Below are positions 8,666 through 17,690 of a DNA stretch of 26,390 bases, piece by piece; within the stretch, counting starts at the first letter, position 1, and each line of letters opens with the position of its first letter. Both the position numbers and the translations under genes were made by a program. Source of the stretch: a virus. Its lineage: Duplodnaviria; Caudoviricetes. The stretch lies in the IMG/VR virus record IMGVR_UViG_3300046779_000478, positions 1 to 26,390 of that record. One strand, 5' to 3'. Under the pieces are notes generated by a model. The model did no database searches. It saw only the letters and a list, made by a program, of their open reading frames with translations, and was not told the origin of the DNA.

Positions 8666-9369
8666 TTACTAATCACATAGATCAACTCATAAAAATGAAT
8701 TCGAAGAGTTCGGATTTTATCAAAAACTCTGGAATCAAAAATAGGTTTCTTAATCCTTATATTCCTACTATGGTTTTTGATAACTTCTACGAAGATCCCG
8801 ATCTATGGAGAGAGTTTGCACTAAGTCAAGAGTTCTTTAAGGGTGATAGAGGAAGTTGGCCTGGATTAAGAACTAAGTTGCTTCACGAAATCGATCAAGA
8901 AGTATTTCGTGTAACTATGCGCAAGTTGTTAGTCATTATGCAGCAATATGGATTCACTGAGTTCTTAGAGCTACAAACTGGATTTCAGGTCATTGACGAA
9001 ACATACGGTCGAGGTTGGGTACACGATGACGACCCGAAACTAAACATTGCAGGAGTCATATATCTTAATCCTGATGCTCCGATAGGTTCTGGCACGGTAA
9101 TATATCAAGATCAAAATGACTTTAATGGTGAACGATATACTGAAATGTTTATGAATGATGTGTTAGTGGCTTCGCCTGAAGAGCGAGAAAAGTATTCAAA
9201 ATATAGAGAAGAACAAGTACAGTCTTTCAAAAAAACAACAACAGTTGAAAGTGTCTACAATCGTTGTATTATTTTTGATCCACGTAACTGGCATAGTGCC
9301 GAAAGGTTTTTTGGATCGACACATAACGAATCTAGACTAACACAGGTATTTTTTATTAAAGCAAAATGA
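8662..9369 (+). CDS. 2OG-Fe(II) oxygenase-like protein (DUF6445-like)
   Basis: DNFYEDPD..REFAL, WPGLRT, GWVHDD, AGVIYLNP.AP..SGT, YNRCIIFD...WHSA..FFG, RLTQVFF. Confidence 0.8.
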   Translation: MITNHIDQLIKMNSKSSDFIKNSGIKNRFLNPYIPTMVFDNFYEDPDLWREFALSQEFFKGDRGSWPGLRTKLLHEIDQEVFRVTMRKLLVIMQQYGFTEFLELQTGFQVIDETYGRGWVHDDDPKLNIAGVIYLNPDAPIGSGTVIYQDQNDFNGERYTEMFMNDVLVASPEEREKYSKYREEQVQSFKKTTTVESVYNRCIIFDPRNWHSAERFFGSTHNESRLTQVFFIKAK

Positions 9370-9980
9370 AAAAGATATTTCCTATGCCTATCAAGGTGAT
9401 TGATAATTTCTTAGAGTCTCCAGATTTGTGGAGACACTATGCTCTTAGACAGGAGTTTTCGAGAGACGAACTAGCACCGTGGCCGGGCGAGCAATCGAAA
9501 ATGCTGAACGAGTTAAACCCTAACTTATTTGCATCTATCGCATCAAAACTAATCAAACATGTTCACGGATGCACAGCATTTCAGTTCTTAAAAGCAAACT
9601 TTACATTAGTCGACGAAAGTTATACTCTAGGATGGCTTCATCAAGATGAACCACACTACAATGTTGCTGGTGTGATTTATCTTAATCCCACTCCTCCTGC
9701 TGACACCGGCACTGTATTTTACAATCAGGCTTTACCTTTCACAGAAGATTTTAAAAAAGTTTTTCACGAAGAACTGACAGCTCCGGCAGAAACTAGACAT
9801 TCTTATATTAGATATAAAGAACAACAGCGTTCTTTTTTTAAACAAGATACAGTAGTTGAAAACGAATACAATAGATGTGTTATGTTTGATCCGAAGCATT
9901 GGCACAGTGTCAATAGATTTTTTGGCAACTCGAGAGATAGTTCTAGATTAACGATTAACTTCTTTGGAGTAGCTGCATGA
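9366..9980 (+). CDS. 2OG-Fe(II) oxygenase-like protein (DUF6445-like), tandem paralog of 8662..9369
   Basis: DNFLESPDLWR.YAL, WPG, GWLHQD, AGVIYLNP.PP..TGT, YNRCVMFD...WHSV..FFG, RLTINFF. Confidence 0.8.
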   Translation: MKKIFPMPIKVIDNFLESPDLWRHYALRQEFSRDELAPWPGEQSKMLNELNPNLFASIASKLIKHVHGCTAFQFLKANFTLVDESYTLGWLHQDEPHYNVAGVIYLNPTPPADTGTVFYNQALPFTEDFKKVFHEELTAPAETRHSYIRYKEQQRSFFKQDTVVENEYNRCVMFDPKHWHSVNRFFGNSRDSSRLTINFFGVAA

Positions 9981-10603
9981 GCACTGCACTTTTTGGAAAC
10001 TTTGCCAACTTTGGATTTATTAGAGATAAAGTCCCTGAAGATCTGTTCAATAAGTTAAAAGAGGAAGTATTATCTGTAGATTTAACTTCTGCCGAAAACA
10101 AAATCAACTATAATCTAGCAGGAAATATTGAAAAAGAATACAAGCTAGGTAAAAATCAACAGGAGTTTGAAGAATATCTTTTAGATTTATGTAAACAATA
10201 TACTTCAAACTGGGACATCACAAGAACTACAAAAGATCTAAGTTCTGAAAATCTAGAACTCTATAACTATTGGACCAACTTTCAAAAGAAAAATGAGTTC
10301 AATCCGATTCATGCACACGACGGAACCTACAGTTTTGCATTATGGATTCAAGTACCTTATTACATATTAGAAGAAATAAATCAAAAAAGCAGCGTTGAAT
10401 CAAACAGTCCGCGAGCAGGGATGTTTTCTTTTTTCTACAATAACATGTTTGGAGAAATAAGAGAAGTAGAGTTTCCTGTAGATAAAACATACGAAGGAAC
10501 AATATTTTTATTTCCTTCGTGCCTACAGCATATGGTATACCCGTTTAGCAGTTCTGACGAATATCGTATATCAATATCGGGTAACCTAAGAAAGAAAAAA
10601 TGA
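9977..10603 (+). CDS. 2OG-Fe(II) oxygenase (TIGR02466-related, phage type)
   Basis: LAGNIEKE, WTNFQKKNEFNPIHAHDG..SF, FLFPSCLQHMVYPF, RISISGN. Confidence 0.85.
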   Translation: MSTALFGNFANFGFIRDKVPEDLFNKLKEEVLSVDLTSAENKINYNLAGNIEKEYKLGKNQQEFEEYLLDLCKQYTSNWDITRTTKDLSSENLELYNYWTNFQKKNEFNPIHAHDGTYSFALWIQVPYYILEEINQKSSVESNSPRAGMFSFFYNNMFGEIREVEFPVDKTYEGTIFLFPSCLQHMVYPFSSSDEYRISISGNLRKKK

Positions 10604-11208
10604 CAGATATCATTGAAATAGAAAACATAATCCCAGTTGATTATCAAAAACATCTAGAAGAGCTAATGACTAGCTTTGAGTTTCCTTGGCTGTTCAATAA
10701 AAATATGGTGTCAGGAGATGATTGTTTTTTAGACGATCCTAATAATCATGCAGGATTCAATCATTTCTTTTTTGAACATAGTAAGCCTGTTAGCAACTTC
10801 TTTAACTTAATGTATCCGCTAGTACTCAGCATCACTAGCCGCACAGAGGTGCCCTTTAACAGGTTATTTAGGATGAGGGCAAACATGACCCTGCCTAACT
10901 GTAGATCAACGCAGGAATACCACATGCCTCATATCGATAGTTTCTTTCCACACTGGAACGCTATCTACTATGTTAACGATTCGGACGGTGATACTGTTAT
11001 ATTCAATGAAACAAATGACGAATACGACAGCGGAATAGATGATATTCTAAAAATCCAGTCCGGCAGTTTTACTGTCAAGCATCGTGTAACTCCTAAGAGA
11101 GGAAAGTTATTGGTATTTCCTGGCAAATACTATCATAGCTCTAGTCCAGTGCAACACAACAAATATCGATGTGTGATTAATATTAATCTTGGAAATATGT
11201 TACTATGA
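10600..11208 (+). CDS. 2OG-Fe(II) oxygenase (phage type), paralog of 8087..8665
   Basis: FPW, PHID, AIYYVNDSDGDTVIF, PKRGKLLVFPGKYYHSSS, RCVININ. Confidence 0.85.
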   Translation: MTDIIEIENIIPVDYQKHLEELMTSFEFPWLFNKNMVSGDDCFLDDPNNHAGFNHFFFEHSKPVSNFFNLMYPLVLSITSRTEVPFNRLFRMRANMTLPNCRSTQEYHMPHIDSFFPHWNAIYYVNDSDGDTVIFNETNDEYDSGIDDILKIQSGSFTVKHRVTPKRGKLLVFPGKYYHSSSPVQHNKYRCVININLGNMLL

Positions 11209-11762
11209 CCTACAGATTATATCAAAGCAATATTATTGTAGAAAATCTTGATCTAATAAAAGCAGATTTGGATATTGCACATAATAACTTTAAAAAACTA
11301 TTTCCCGAAAGTGATTCAACTTGGGCTTACTCTAAGTACAATCTTTTTGCATTAACTGCTCCTTCAACAATATTCTATTCTATCTATAAAGAAATGAGAG
11401 ATCTAGTTCGATCAGAGTTAGGAAATGATAGACCCCTATGGTTTGAAGCGTGGATTAACTATATCAAGTATGAAGATTTAAAAATATTAGATTGGCATGA
11501 TCATTCCTACGACTACCACGGATATATCTCCATAGATCCTAAGAATACTAAAACCATGTTTGAAAACTATGAGATTTCAAACATACCCGGCCAGATATAT
11601 TTTGCAGAAGGAAACAGACGGCACAAAGTAGAAGCTATAGAACCTTATGAAGGTGTTAGAACCACAATAGGGTTTGACATACATACTATACCAAATAGTC
11701 CGTTAATATCAAGCTATGTTGAAAGACCATTTGTTAATATGAGTTTAATGCCACTAGTATGA
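11205..11762 (+). CDS. Putative 2OG-Fe(II) oxygenase-like protein
   Basis: AWIN...LDWHDH...HGYISI...RHKV...RTTIGFD: HxH, distal His and terminal Arg spaced like a DSBH oxygenase. Confidence 0.65.
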   Translation: MTYRLYQSNIIVENLDLIKADLDIAHNNFKKLFPESDSTWAYSKYNLFALTAPSTIFYSIYKEMRDLVRSELGNDRPLWFEAWINYIKYEDLKILDWHDHSYDYHGYISIDPKNTKTMFENYEISNIPGQIYFAEGNRRHKVEAIEPYEGVRTTIGFDIHTIPNSPLISSYVERPFVNMSLMPLV

Positions 11763-12397
11763 AAGAAGATTTTTTAATAATAAAAAATGCAGTATCGACT
11801 GAGCTATGTAGATTTATTGCATTAGAGTTTGAAATGATGGAAACTGTCTGCAGACAGTTATATCCAAACGCTAATCTAGCAGATCTCTGCGATAATACAT
11901 TCGCTAGATATAGTCCATTGATGATGGAAACATTGAGTGTTTGGGTACAGCCTCAAGTTGAAAAGGCTGTAGGTATGGATCTATTTCCAACATATTCGTA
12001 TGCTAGAATTTACTATCAGGGATCGGAGTTACAGAAGCACGTTGATCGTCCTAGTTCCGAAGTAACTGTATCTGTTTGTTTAGAAAAAGATTGTGATTGG
12101 CCGCTGTATGTGAAAAACTCAGACGGAGTTACACACAGTATTGATTTAGAAGTTGGAGACATTGCAATATACAGTGGTCGTTTACACGAGCATTGGCGAG
12201 ATCCGTTACCTGCTAAAAGACAGATACAGGCGTTCCTACAATATGTGGATGCTAAAGGTGACGATGCCTGGCTAAAGTGGGATACAAGACCTTGTTTGGG
12301 CTTGCCCTTTGAATACACTAGCCAGGCAGTTCAGAATGAGTTGAAACAGATATCAGATGTTAACGATCTGATGAAACGATTTAACCAGCGACTTTAA
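11759..12397 (+). CDS. 2OG-Fe(II) oxygenase (phage type)
   Basis: LFPTYSYARIY..GSELQKHVDRPSSEVTVSVCL, WPLY, LEVGDIAIYSG...EHWR, QAFLQYV. Confidence 0.85.
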   Translation: MKEDFLIIKNAVSTELCRFIALEFEMMETVCRQLYPNANLADLCDNTFARYSPLMMETLSVWVQPQVEKAVGMDLFPTYSYARIYYQGSELQKHVDRPSSEVTVSVCLEKDCDWPLYVKNSDGVTHSIDLEVGDIAIYSGRLHEHWRDPLPAKRQIQAFLQYVDAKGDDAWLKWDTRPCLGLPFEYTSQAVQNELKQISDVNDLMKRFNQRL

Positions 12398-12545
12398 TAG
12401 GGCCAGCTACGTTTCTTTGATTACCGTGACGCTCTTCGAAGATCTTGCGAGCTTCTTCCATGTTTTTTGCTTCACAAGTGTCTTCCATGATTGCCATTGT
12501 TTTTGGCGGCTCAGGTTTTCTAAGAATCATTTTATAAGTTGCCAT
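12381..12545 (-). CDS. 54-aa hypothetical protein (not in ORF track)
   Basis: Manual translation MATYKMILRKPEPPKTMAIMEDTCEAKNMEEARKIFEERHGNQRNVAGPIKVAG*. Strong AAGGAG RBS and ATAAATA motif upstream. Fills the gap between the convergent operons. Confidence 0.75.
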   Translation of the reverse strand: MATYKMILRKPEPPKTMAIMEDTCEAKNMEEARKIFEERHGNQRNVAGPIKVAG

Positions 12546-12565
12546 TATTTTCTCCTTACAGTATA

Positions 12566-12572
12566 TATTTAT
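12566..12572 (-). promoter_or_regulatory. Late promoter motif ATAAATA for the 54-aa ORF
   Basis: Minus strand reads GC-ATAAATA-TATACTGT-AAGGAG-AAAATA-ATG. The motif overlaps the halogenase stop codon, 20 nt before the start. Confidence 0.5.
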
Positions 12573-14122
12573 GCTGTTCTATGAATCCACTCGTCTACAG
12601 TCCAAAACGGAGCAACAAGTTCCTTATATCGGGATTCGTTGATATTTAGTACTTTTTGACCGATTGGAAGGGCATTTTTGTGTATGTTTTTTAACACAGT
12701 GTGATCGAATACTTTTAATCCCTGCAGAACCATTAGCCATGCAGTTGGACTATAGCCATACAGCCACGGTTCTCCTTTTTGACCTAAATAATAACTCTTC
12801 CAAGCCAATAGCTTTTCGGACAATGTTGCAGGTATCCGATTAGAATCGTACATGTGACTCTTCCAAAAGTCGGTATCTGATCGTTTTCCACGATAATGCA
12901 GAGCTAAAAAATCTTTAATATCTTCAGTAATATTCCAAACCCTTTCATTAAATCTATCAACTCTTTCTGGATCAAGACGAGATTCAAACGGCTTCCAGTG
13001 ATCTTGCAAACTGTAAAGACTTTCGATAATCACAGCTACACCGTTAGCTTCTAACGGTTCTAAAAATCCGCTACTGAGTCCTATAGCAATAACATTGTTA
13101 CGCCATGCCTTCTTCATCATACCGGGAGTAAACTGAAAGTTTGCAATAGGATCTATCTTTTTATTATAAAACTTTTCAGCTTCTTGTATTGCTTGATCTA
13201 GATTGATATGATCTGGATCGTAAATGTATCCGTTGCCTGACCTATGTCTAAGATTAATGTTCCATGACCAACCGTATTCCATAGCATTGGCATTAGTTGT
13301 AGTAGTATATTCGGGAGAATCCCACCAGGCAACTACTGCCCTTGACGGAAAGTAATCAGTATAGTCAACAACAGGTTCTTTTAAGACCTTGCCCATTAAT
13401 AATCTTGCAAATCCAGAACAGTCAAAGAACCAATCTCCATTTAGGATACGTTCTTGATCTAGTTGTATACTGGTAATATTCCCTTTAGTGTCCTGATACG
13501 ACTGTTGATATTCTCCTTCGACTAGCGTGATATTTCTAGCTAGACCAAGATTTTTAAAATAGGCAGCAGCAGCTCGACTTTCAAAATGCCACATTGCTAC
13601 GCATGGCAGTTCGCTGGTTGCTCCAAACGGAACTTTGTTTGCTTCGATAAACTGGTTGGCATAAAATGCCTTTGCAAGAGGAATGTTATTTGCTACAAGT
13701 GTTTTAAGATAGATATCTTTTTCTTGTTCTGCATTAAGTATCGAATACATTGTTCCTAGATTTAACTCTTCTGTAGGTGCGCTAGAAACATATTCAGTCC
13801 ATCCGTTTAACCATGGTGCATAATCAGTTTGCAAACAGTGTATAAACTTTGATCCAACCCCAGTCCAGTTTTCAAACTTTCCCCCTAGCTTAGGAGTAGC
13901 ATTAACTTTACGAATAAAATCATCAGCATCTATTTTAAGATGTCTTAATAAACTAACAAATGTAGTAGTCCCACTTTCTCCGGCAATGATAGGAGGTTGT
14001 TTAGGATTTTCTACTACAGTGACATGTGCATCGGGCCAGTTTCTTTGTATGAATAATGCAGTTAACCAGCCTGCACTTCCACCGCCTAATACAATAACAT
14101 TAGAGCTTGATTTGTATTTCAT
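12569..14122 (-). CDS. Flavin-dependent halogenase family, copy 2 (divergent motifs)
   Basis: GGGSAG, IAGESG, ATPKLGG (catalytic Lys position), FDCSGF, WSWNIN, FLEPLEANG. Confidence 0.88.
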   Translation of the reverse strand: MKYKSSSNVIVLGGGSAGWLTALFIQRNWPDAHVTVVENPKQPPIIAGESGTTTFVSLLRHLKIDADDFIRKVNATPKLGGKFENWTGVGSKFIHCLQTDYAPWLNGWTEYVSSAPTEELNLGTMYSILNAEQEKDIYLKTLVANNIPLAKAFYANQFIEANKVPFGATSELPCVAMWHFESRAAAAYFKNLGLARNITLVEGEYQQSYQDTKGNITSIQLDQERILNGDWFFDCSGFARLLMGKVLKEPVVDYTDYFPSRAVVAWWDSPEYTTTTNANAMEYGWSWNINLRHRSGNGYIYDPDHINLDQAIQEAEKFYNKKIDPIANFQFTPGMMKKAWRNNVIAIGLSSGFLEPLEANGVAVIIESLYSLQDHWKPFESRLDPERVDRFNERVWNITEDIKDFLALHYRGKRSDTDFWKSHMYDSNRIPATLSEKLLAWKSYYLGQKGEPWLYGYSPTAWLMVLQGLKVFDHTVLKNIHKNALPIGQKVLNINESRYKELVAPFWTVDEWIHRTA

Positions 14123-15605
14123 TATATCTTTCTTTTAATCTATTTAGAGACTCTCTATGTGAAAACACTTCAACTTGTTGATCCATTGTTTCGTTAATCT
14201 CAATGGTATTGTTAGTGATTTTCCTCCAATGACTCATATGTTCGTCATAAAACTTTAAAATCTTTTGATTGTTAAACATTCCTAGACCATGCATAACCTG
14301 TGCATAGTTATTGTAAGAAAATAAAATCATAGGATCGTTAAAGCAGTAGACATTAGGGAAGTTTTCTTTAAAGTATTCAAGATGAGCTTTATTAAAATCA
14401 GTCAACTTTATTTCATGTTGACACCAGCGCCAAAAGTCTGTGTCGGCCCTATCTGTAAAATAGTGCAGTTGAATGTAATCTATAATATTCCTTGCAACAA
14501 CATCCATATGCTTATTGTAGATATTTGCTGTGAGTTCTTCGCCTCTGTTGTAAAAAGCAATATTAGGAGCTAGCATAAAACACTGTTGAATGGTAGTTCC
14601 AATACTGCTGGCCTCTAACGGCTCAACAAATATTCCGCTTAGGCCAATACTTACACAGTTCTTAATCCAAAACTTCTCAAGATATCCTGCACCAAACTTT
14701 ACTCTTTTACCAATATTCAAAGTATCGTTAATGCCTAAGTTATCTCTATAGTATTGACTTACCTCGTCATAGGCCTGTGTTTCGTTTATAAACTGATCGC
14801 AGAAAACGTACCCGTTTCCGTATCTTTCCTGTGTAGGAATACGCCATACCCAACCGCTACTTAATGCAGTAGCTTCTGTATAAGAAGGAATATCTTCAGT
14901 GTACCCAGTTGGAAATGCAATGGCACTGTTCATAGGTAACTGATCAGTAACATCAATCCATTTAGCATCTAGCTTAGATGCAATAACTCGTTTAAATCCG
15001 CTACTGTCGATGTAGAAATCATAAGCATGTTCTTGACCTTGGGAGTCGATTAGTTTATAAACATATCCTTGCTCGTCTAAAACTACTTGATCTATTTCTC
15101 TATCTATAATATCTACATTTCTTTCTCGACATTTTCTATGTAAGAAGTCGTTTAGTTTGTGTGTGTCGAAGTGATACTGACTTAAAATATCGTGCAACGG
15201 TTCAACATGTACACTCTCTCGACTCAATCGCCATACAGTGTTTAATGGGTCCCAGTTTTCGCCGACCATTTGTAACCACGTGAACGGTAATCCGTTACTT
15301 GGACTAGTACCGCCGTACTGCTCACTAAGACTATGGAAATAATGAGAACCGTCGCCTCTCCAGTTGGTAAACTTGATTCCTACTTTAAAGGTAGCGCCAG
15401 CTTCTCTAACTAACTCGGGTAGAGAAATATTAACATGGTTCATGAACTTTTTCCAGTGCTCTGTGCTACCTTCCCCAACCCCGATGATACCGATGCTGCT
15501 GCTTTCGATCATAGTTATTTTAAGATTTGGGTATGCTTGCCTCATCATTAAGGCTGATACTAGTCCGCTAGTACCTCCTCCTAAAATGCATAGTGATGTG
15601 ATCAT
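14100..15605 (-). CDS. Flavin-dependent halogenase family, copy 3
   Basis: GGGTSG, GVGEGST, ATFKVGI, YHFD, IDSSGF, WVWRIP, FVEPLEASS. Confidence 0.92.
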   Translation of the reverse strand: MITSLCILGGGTSGLVSALMMRQAYPNLKITMIESSSIGIIGVGEGSTEHWKKFMNHVNISLPELVREAGATFKVGIKFTNWRGDGSHYFHSLSEQYGGTSPSNGLPFTWLQMVGENWDPLNTVWRLSRESVHVEPLHDILSQYHFDTHKLNDFLHRKCRERNVDIIDREIDQVVLDEQGYVYKLIDSQGQEHAYDFYIDSSGFKRVIASKLDAKWIDVTDQLPMNSAIAFPTGYTEDIPSYTEATALSSGWVWRIPTQERYGNGYVFCDQFINETQAYDEVSQYYRDNLGINDTLNIGKRVKFGAGYLEKFWIKNCVSIGLSGIFVEPLEASSIGTTIQQCFMLAPNIAFYNRGEELTANIYNKHMDVVARNIIDYIQLHYFTDRADTDFWRWCQHEIKLTDFNKAHLEYFKENFPNVYCFNDPMILFSYNNYAQVMHGLGMFNNQKILKFYDEHMSHWRKITNNTIEINETMDQQVEVFSHRESLNRLKERYNEIQIKL

Positions 15606-17086
15606 AGTTGTATTCTTCCGTCGCCTCTAGCTTTTACAATGTTAACTGCTTCTCTGGGAGTATAATATGTATCGTCGTGTATTCCCGGTACTGTAGACAA
15701 TATGTATGCAGCTTCTTTAGCAGTATGCCCGTGCATTGACTTAGCTAATCTAGTGATGTTTTTAAGGTCGAACATACGCAATCCGTGCATGACCTGTACC
15801 CAGTTTAGGATGTCATATAGATTGTATGTGTTAGCAGGCAATGACATTTGGTTAATAAAATTCTTTTTAAAAATCGGAATGTGTTCCGCATTAAAGTCTG
15901 TCATCTTAAGATCATTTTTACACCAACGCCAAAACTCTGAATCAGTCCTTTCTGTAAAATAGTGCAGTTGAATAAAGTCTAAAATGTTTGACATTACTTC
16001 GTCGAACTGTTTGTTATAATGTTTAGGAGTAGCAGTGTCATTTCGGCACCATGTAGACAACGATACGGTTAGTAATCTAGCCTGTTGAACTGTGGTTGAA
16101 ATGCTACTAGCTTCTAGTGGCTCAACAAAGCTGCTACTTAGTCCAACACTTACGCAGTTTTTAATCCAAAACTTATCTATTTTTCCAGATACAAAGTTTA
16201 CCTTACGTGCAATGTTGATAGGATCTTTAAAATCTTTTTGGATTTCGTCTATTGCTTGCTGCTCAGTAATGAAAGCATCGGAAAATACATAGCCGTTGCC
16301 GAATCTATGTTGTACCGGACTGCGCCAACACCACCCGCTAGACAATGCTTTTGACAGTGTCCATGGCGGAATATTTTCTTCGTAAGGTGTAGGAAAAGCA
16401 ATGGCACTGTTCATAGGAAGATATTCTGACCAATCTACCCACTGTGAACCTAGTTTAGAACTTATCACTCTTCTAAATCCACTACTGTCAACAAAAAAGT
16501 CAGCAGCGTATTTTTGATTATCAGTGTCAACAACTGCTTCAACAAATCCGTCTTGATCTAAGACAGCATCGACAACTTCGGCTTCTACAACTGTGATATT
16601 TCTCTCACTGCATTTTTTTAAAAATAGTGCATTTAATCTTTCGCTATCGAAGTGGAACTGAAAAAAGTTATCAGCTAGCGGTTCTGCGTGATGTCCCGAC
16701 ATAGCCAAGTCCCAATGCAAGTTTCCTGGTGGGCAACCATTGGCTATTTCAGTTAACATCACATGAGGAATTCCAGAATAGGCTTCCATCACTGCATAAA
16801 ATTCTGGAACACTGTGATAATAACTAGTTCCGTCACCGTGCCAGTTTTCAAACTTAATACCGGCTTTTAATGTAGCACCGGCTTCTTGAATGATTTCCCA
16901 GTTAGGAATACCAGTGGCTTTGGAAAAGATATCCCAATGTTCTGTACTACCCTCTCCTACACCAATAGTACCTATTTTTGTAGATTTGATTACTGTTACT
17001 GGTAAATGAGGGTAAGAAGATTTAATATACAATGCTGTCATTAACCCAGCATTACCTCCGCCTAGTACTATGAGACTGTTAATCAT
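15602..17086 (-). CDS. Flavin-dependent halogenase family, copy 4
   Basis: GGGNAG, GVGEGST, ATLKAGI, FHFD, VDSSGF, WCWRSP, FVEPLEASS. Close paralog of copy 3. Confidence 0.92.
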   Translation of the reverse strand: MINSLIVLGGGNAGLMTALYIKSSYPHLPVTVIKSTKIGTIGVGEGSTEHWDIFSKATGIPNWEIIQEAGATLKAGIKFENWHGDGTSYYHSVPEFYAVMEAYSGIPHVMLTEIANGCPPGNLHWDLAMSGHHAEPLADNFFQFHFDSERLNALFLKKCSERNITVVEAEVVDAVLDQDGFVEAVVDTDNQKYAADFFVDSSGFRRVISSKLGSQWVDWSEYLPMNSAIAFPTPYEENIPPWTLSKALSSGWCWRSPVQHRFGNGYVFSDAFITEQQAIDEIQKDFKDPINIARKVNFVSGKIDKFWIKNCVSVGLSSSFVEPLEASSISTTVQQARLLTVSLSTWCRNDTATPKHYNKQFDEVMSNILDFIQLHYFTERTDSEFWRWCKNDLKMTDFNAEHIPIFKKNFINQMSLPANTYNLYDILNWVQVMHGLRMFDLKNITRLAKSMHGHTAKEAAYILSTVPGIHDDTYYTPREAVNIVKARGDGRIQL

Positions 17087-17690
17087 TAATAACCTTTATG
17101 TTTGCTTTTGAATCTGTTGCAAGAGTGTGATTTATCTTGCCGGATGGTAAAGAGTTAAAGCTGATAATATATCGATCAGCAGACCCTATATGTGGTTGAC
17201 TATTGTGCATCATCCAGCTAGGAAATATAACTAACTTCCCGGGCTCAGCAGTTAGTGGTATCATTGGCTGATAATCCTTACGCAGTACTTCTAACTGAGC
17301 ATGTGTTCTATGGAAAACCGGGTCTTCAAACTGTGTAGGAGAACCGTCTGTTAGATAATAGACAGCACTGAAAAAACTCATAGAATGTCTATGATAGTTC
17401 TGATACATATTATAACCGGACAATGCTACATTAAACCAGCTGTTTGTAATTTCAAAAGAGTCGCAGTCGTATTTCATCGAAACTCTAACGTCTTCGAGGC
17501 ATTGGTTAAACCATTTGAAAAGATCTTTAAACTCTTCTAGATTATTGAGATTGTACAACATGCTTAATGTTGTACTTTTTTTTATTTCTACATTGTCTAG
17601 TGTTTTTAGAGTATCTACAAGAGCTGCATTATCTATATTTTGATTTCTAAAAATAAACAACTCTGTAGGGAATGTATTAATGATTTCCAT
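17079..17690 (-). CDS. 2OG-Fe(II) oxygenase, TIGR02466-like
   Basis: FPT, SWFN...YHRH..SFFSAVYYL, FEDP, LVIFPSWMMH, RYIISFN. I place the start at ATG 17690 (MEIINTFP, TAATG overlap with the upstream stop) rather than 17705. Confidence 0.88.
   Translation of the reverse strand: MEIINTFPTELFIFRNQNIDNAALVDTLKTLDNVEIKKSTTLSMLYNLNNLEEFKDLFKWFNQCLEDVRVSMKYDCDSFEITNSWFNVALSGYNMYQNYHRHSMSFFSAVYYLTDGSPTQFEDPVFHRTHAQLEVLRKDYQPMIPLTAEPGKLVIFPSWMMHNSQPHIGSADRYIISFNSLPSGKINHTLATDSKANIKVIND

Noticed and set aside
5381-12397. DNA hypermodification cluster (TET/JBP-type)
   Set aside because: No recognisable TET/JBP motif, methyltransferase, glycosyltransferase or nucleotide kinase in the window. Not formally excluded without profile searches.
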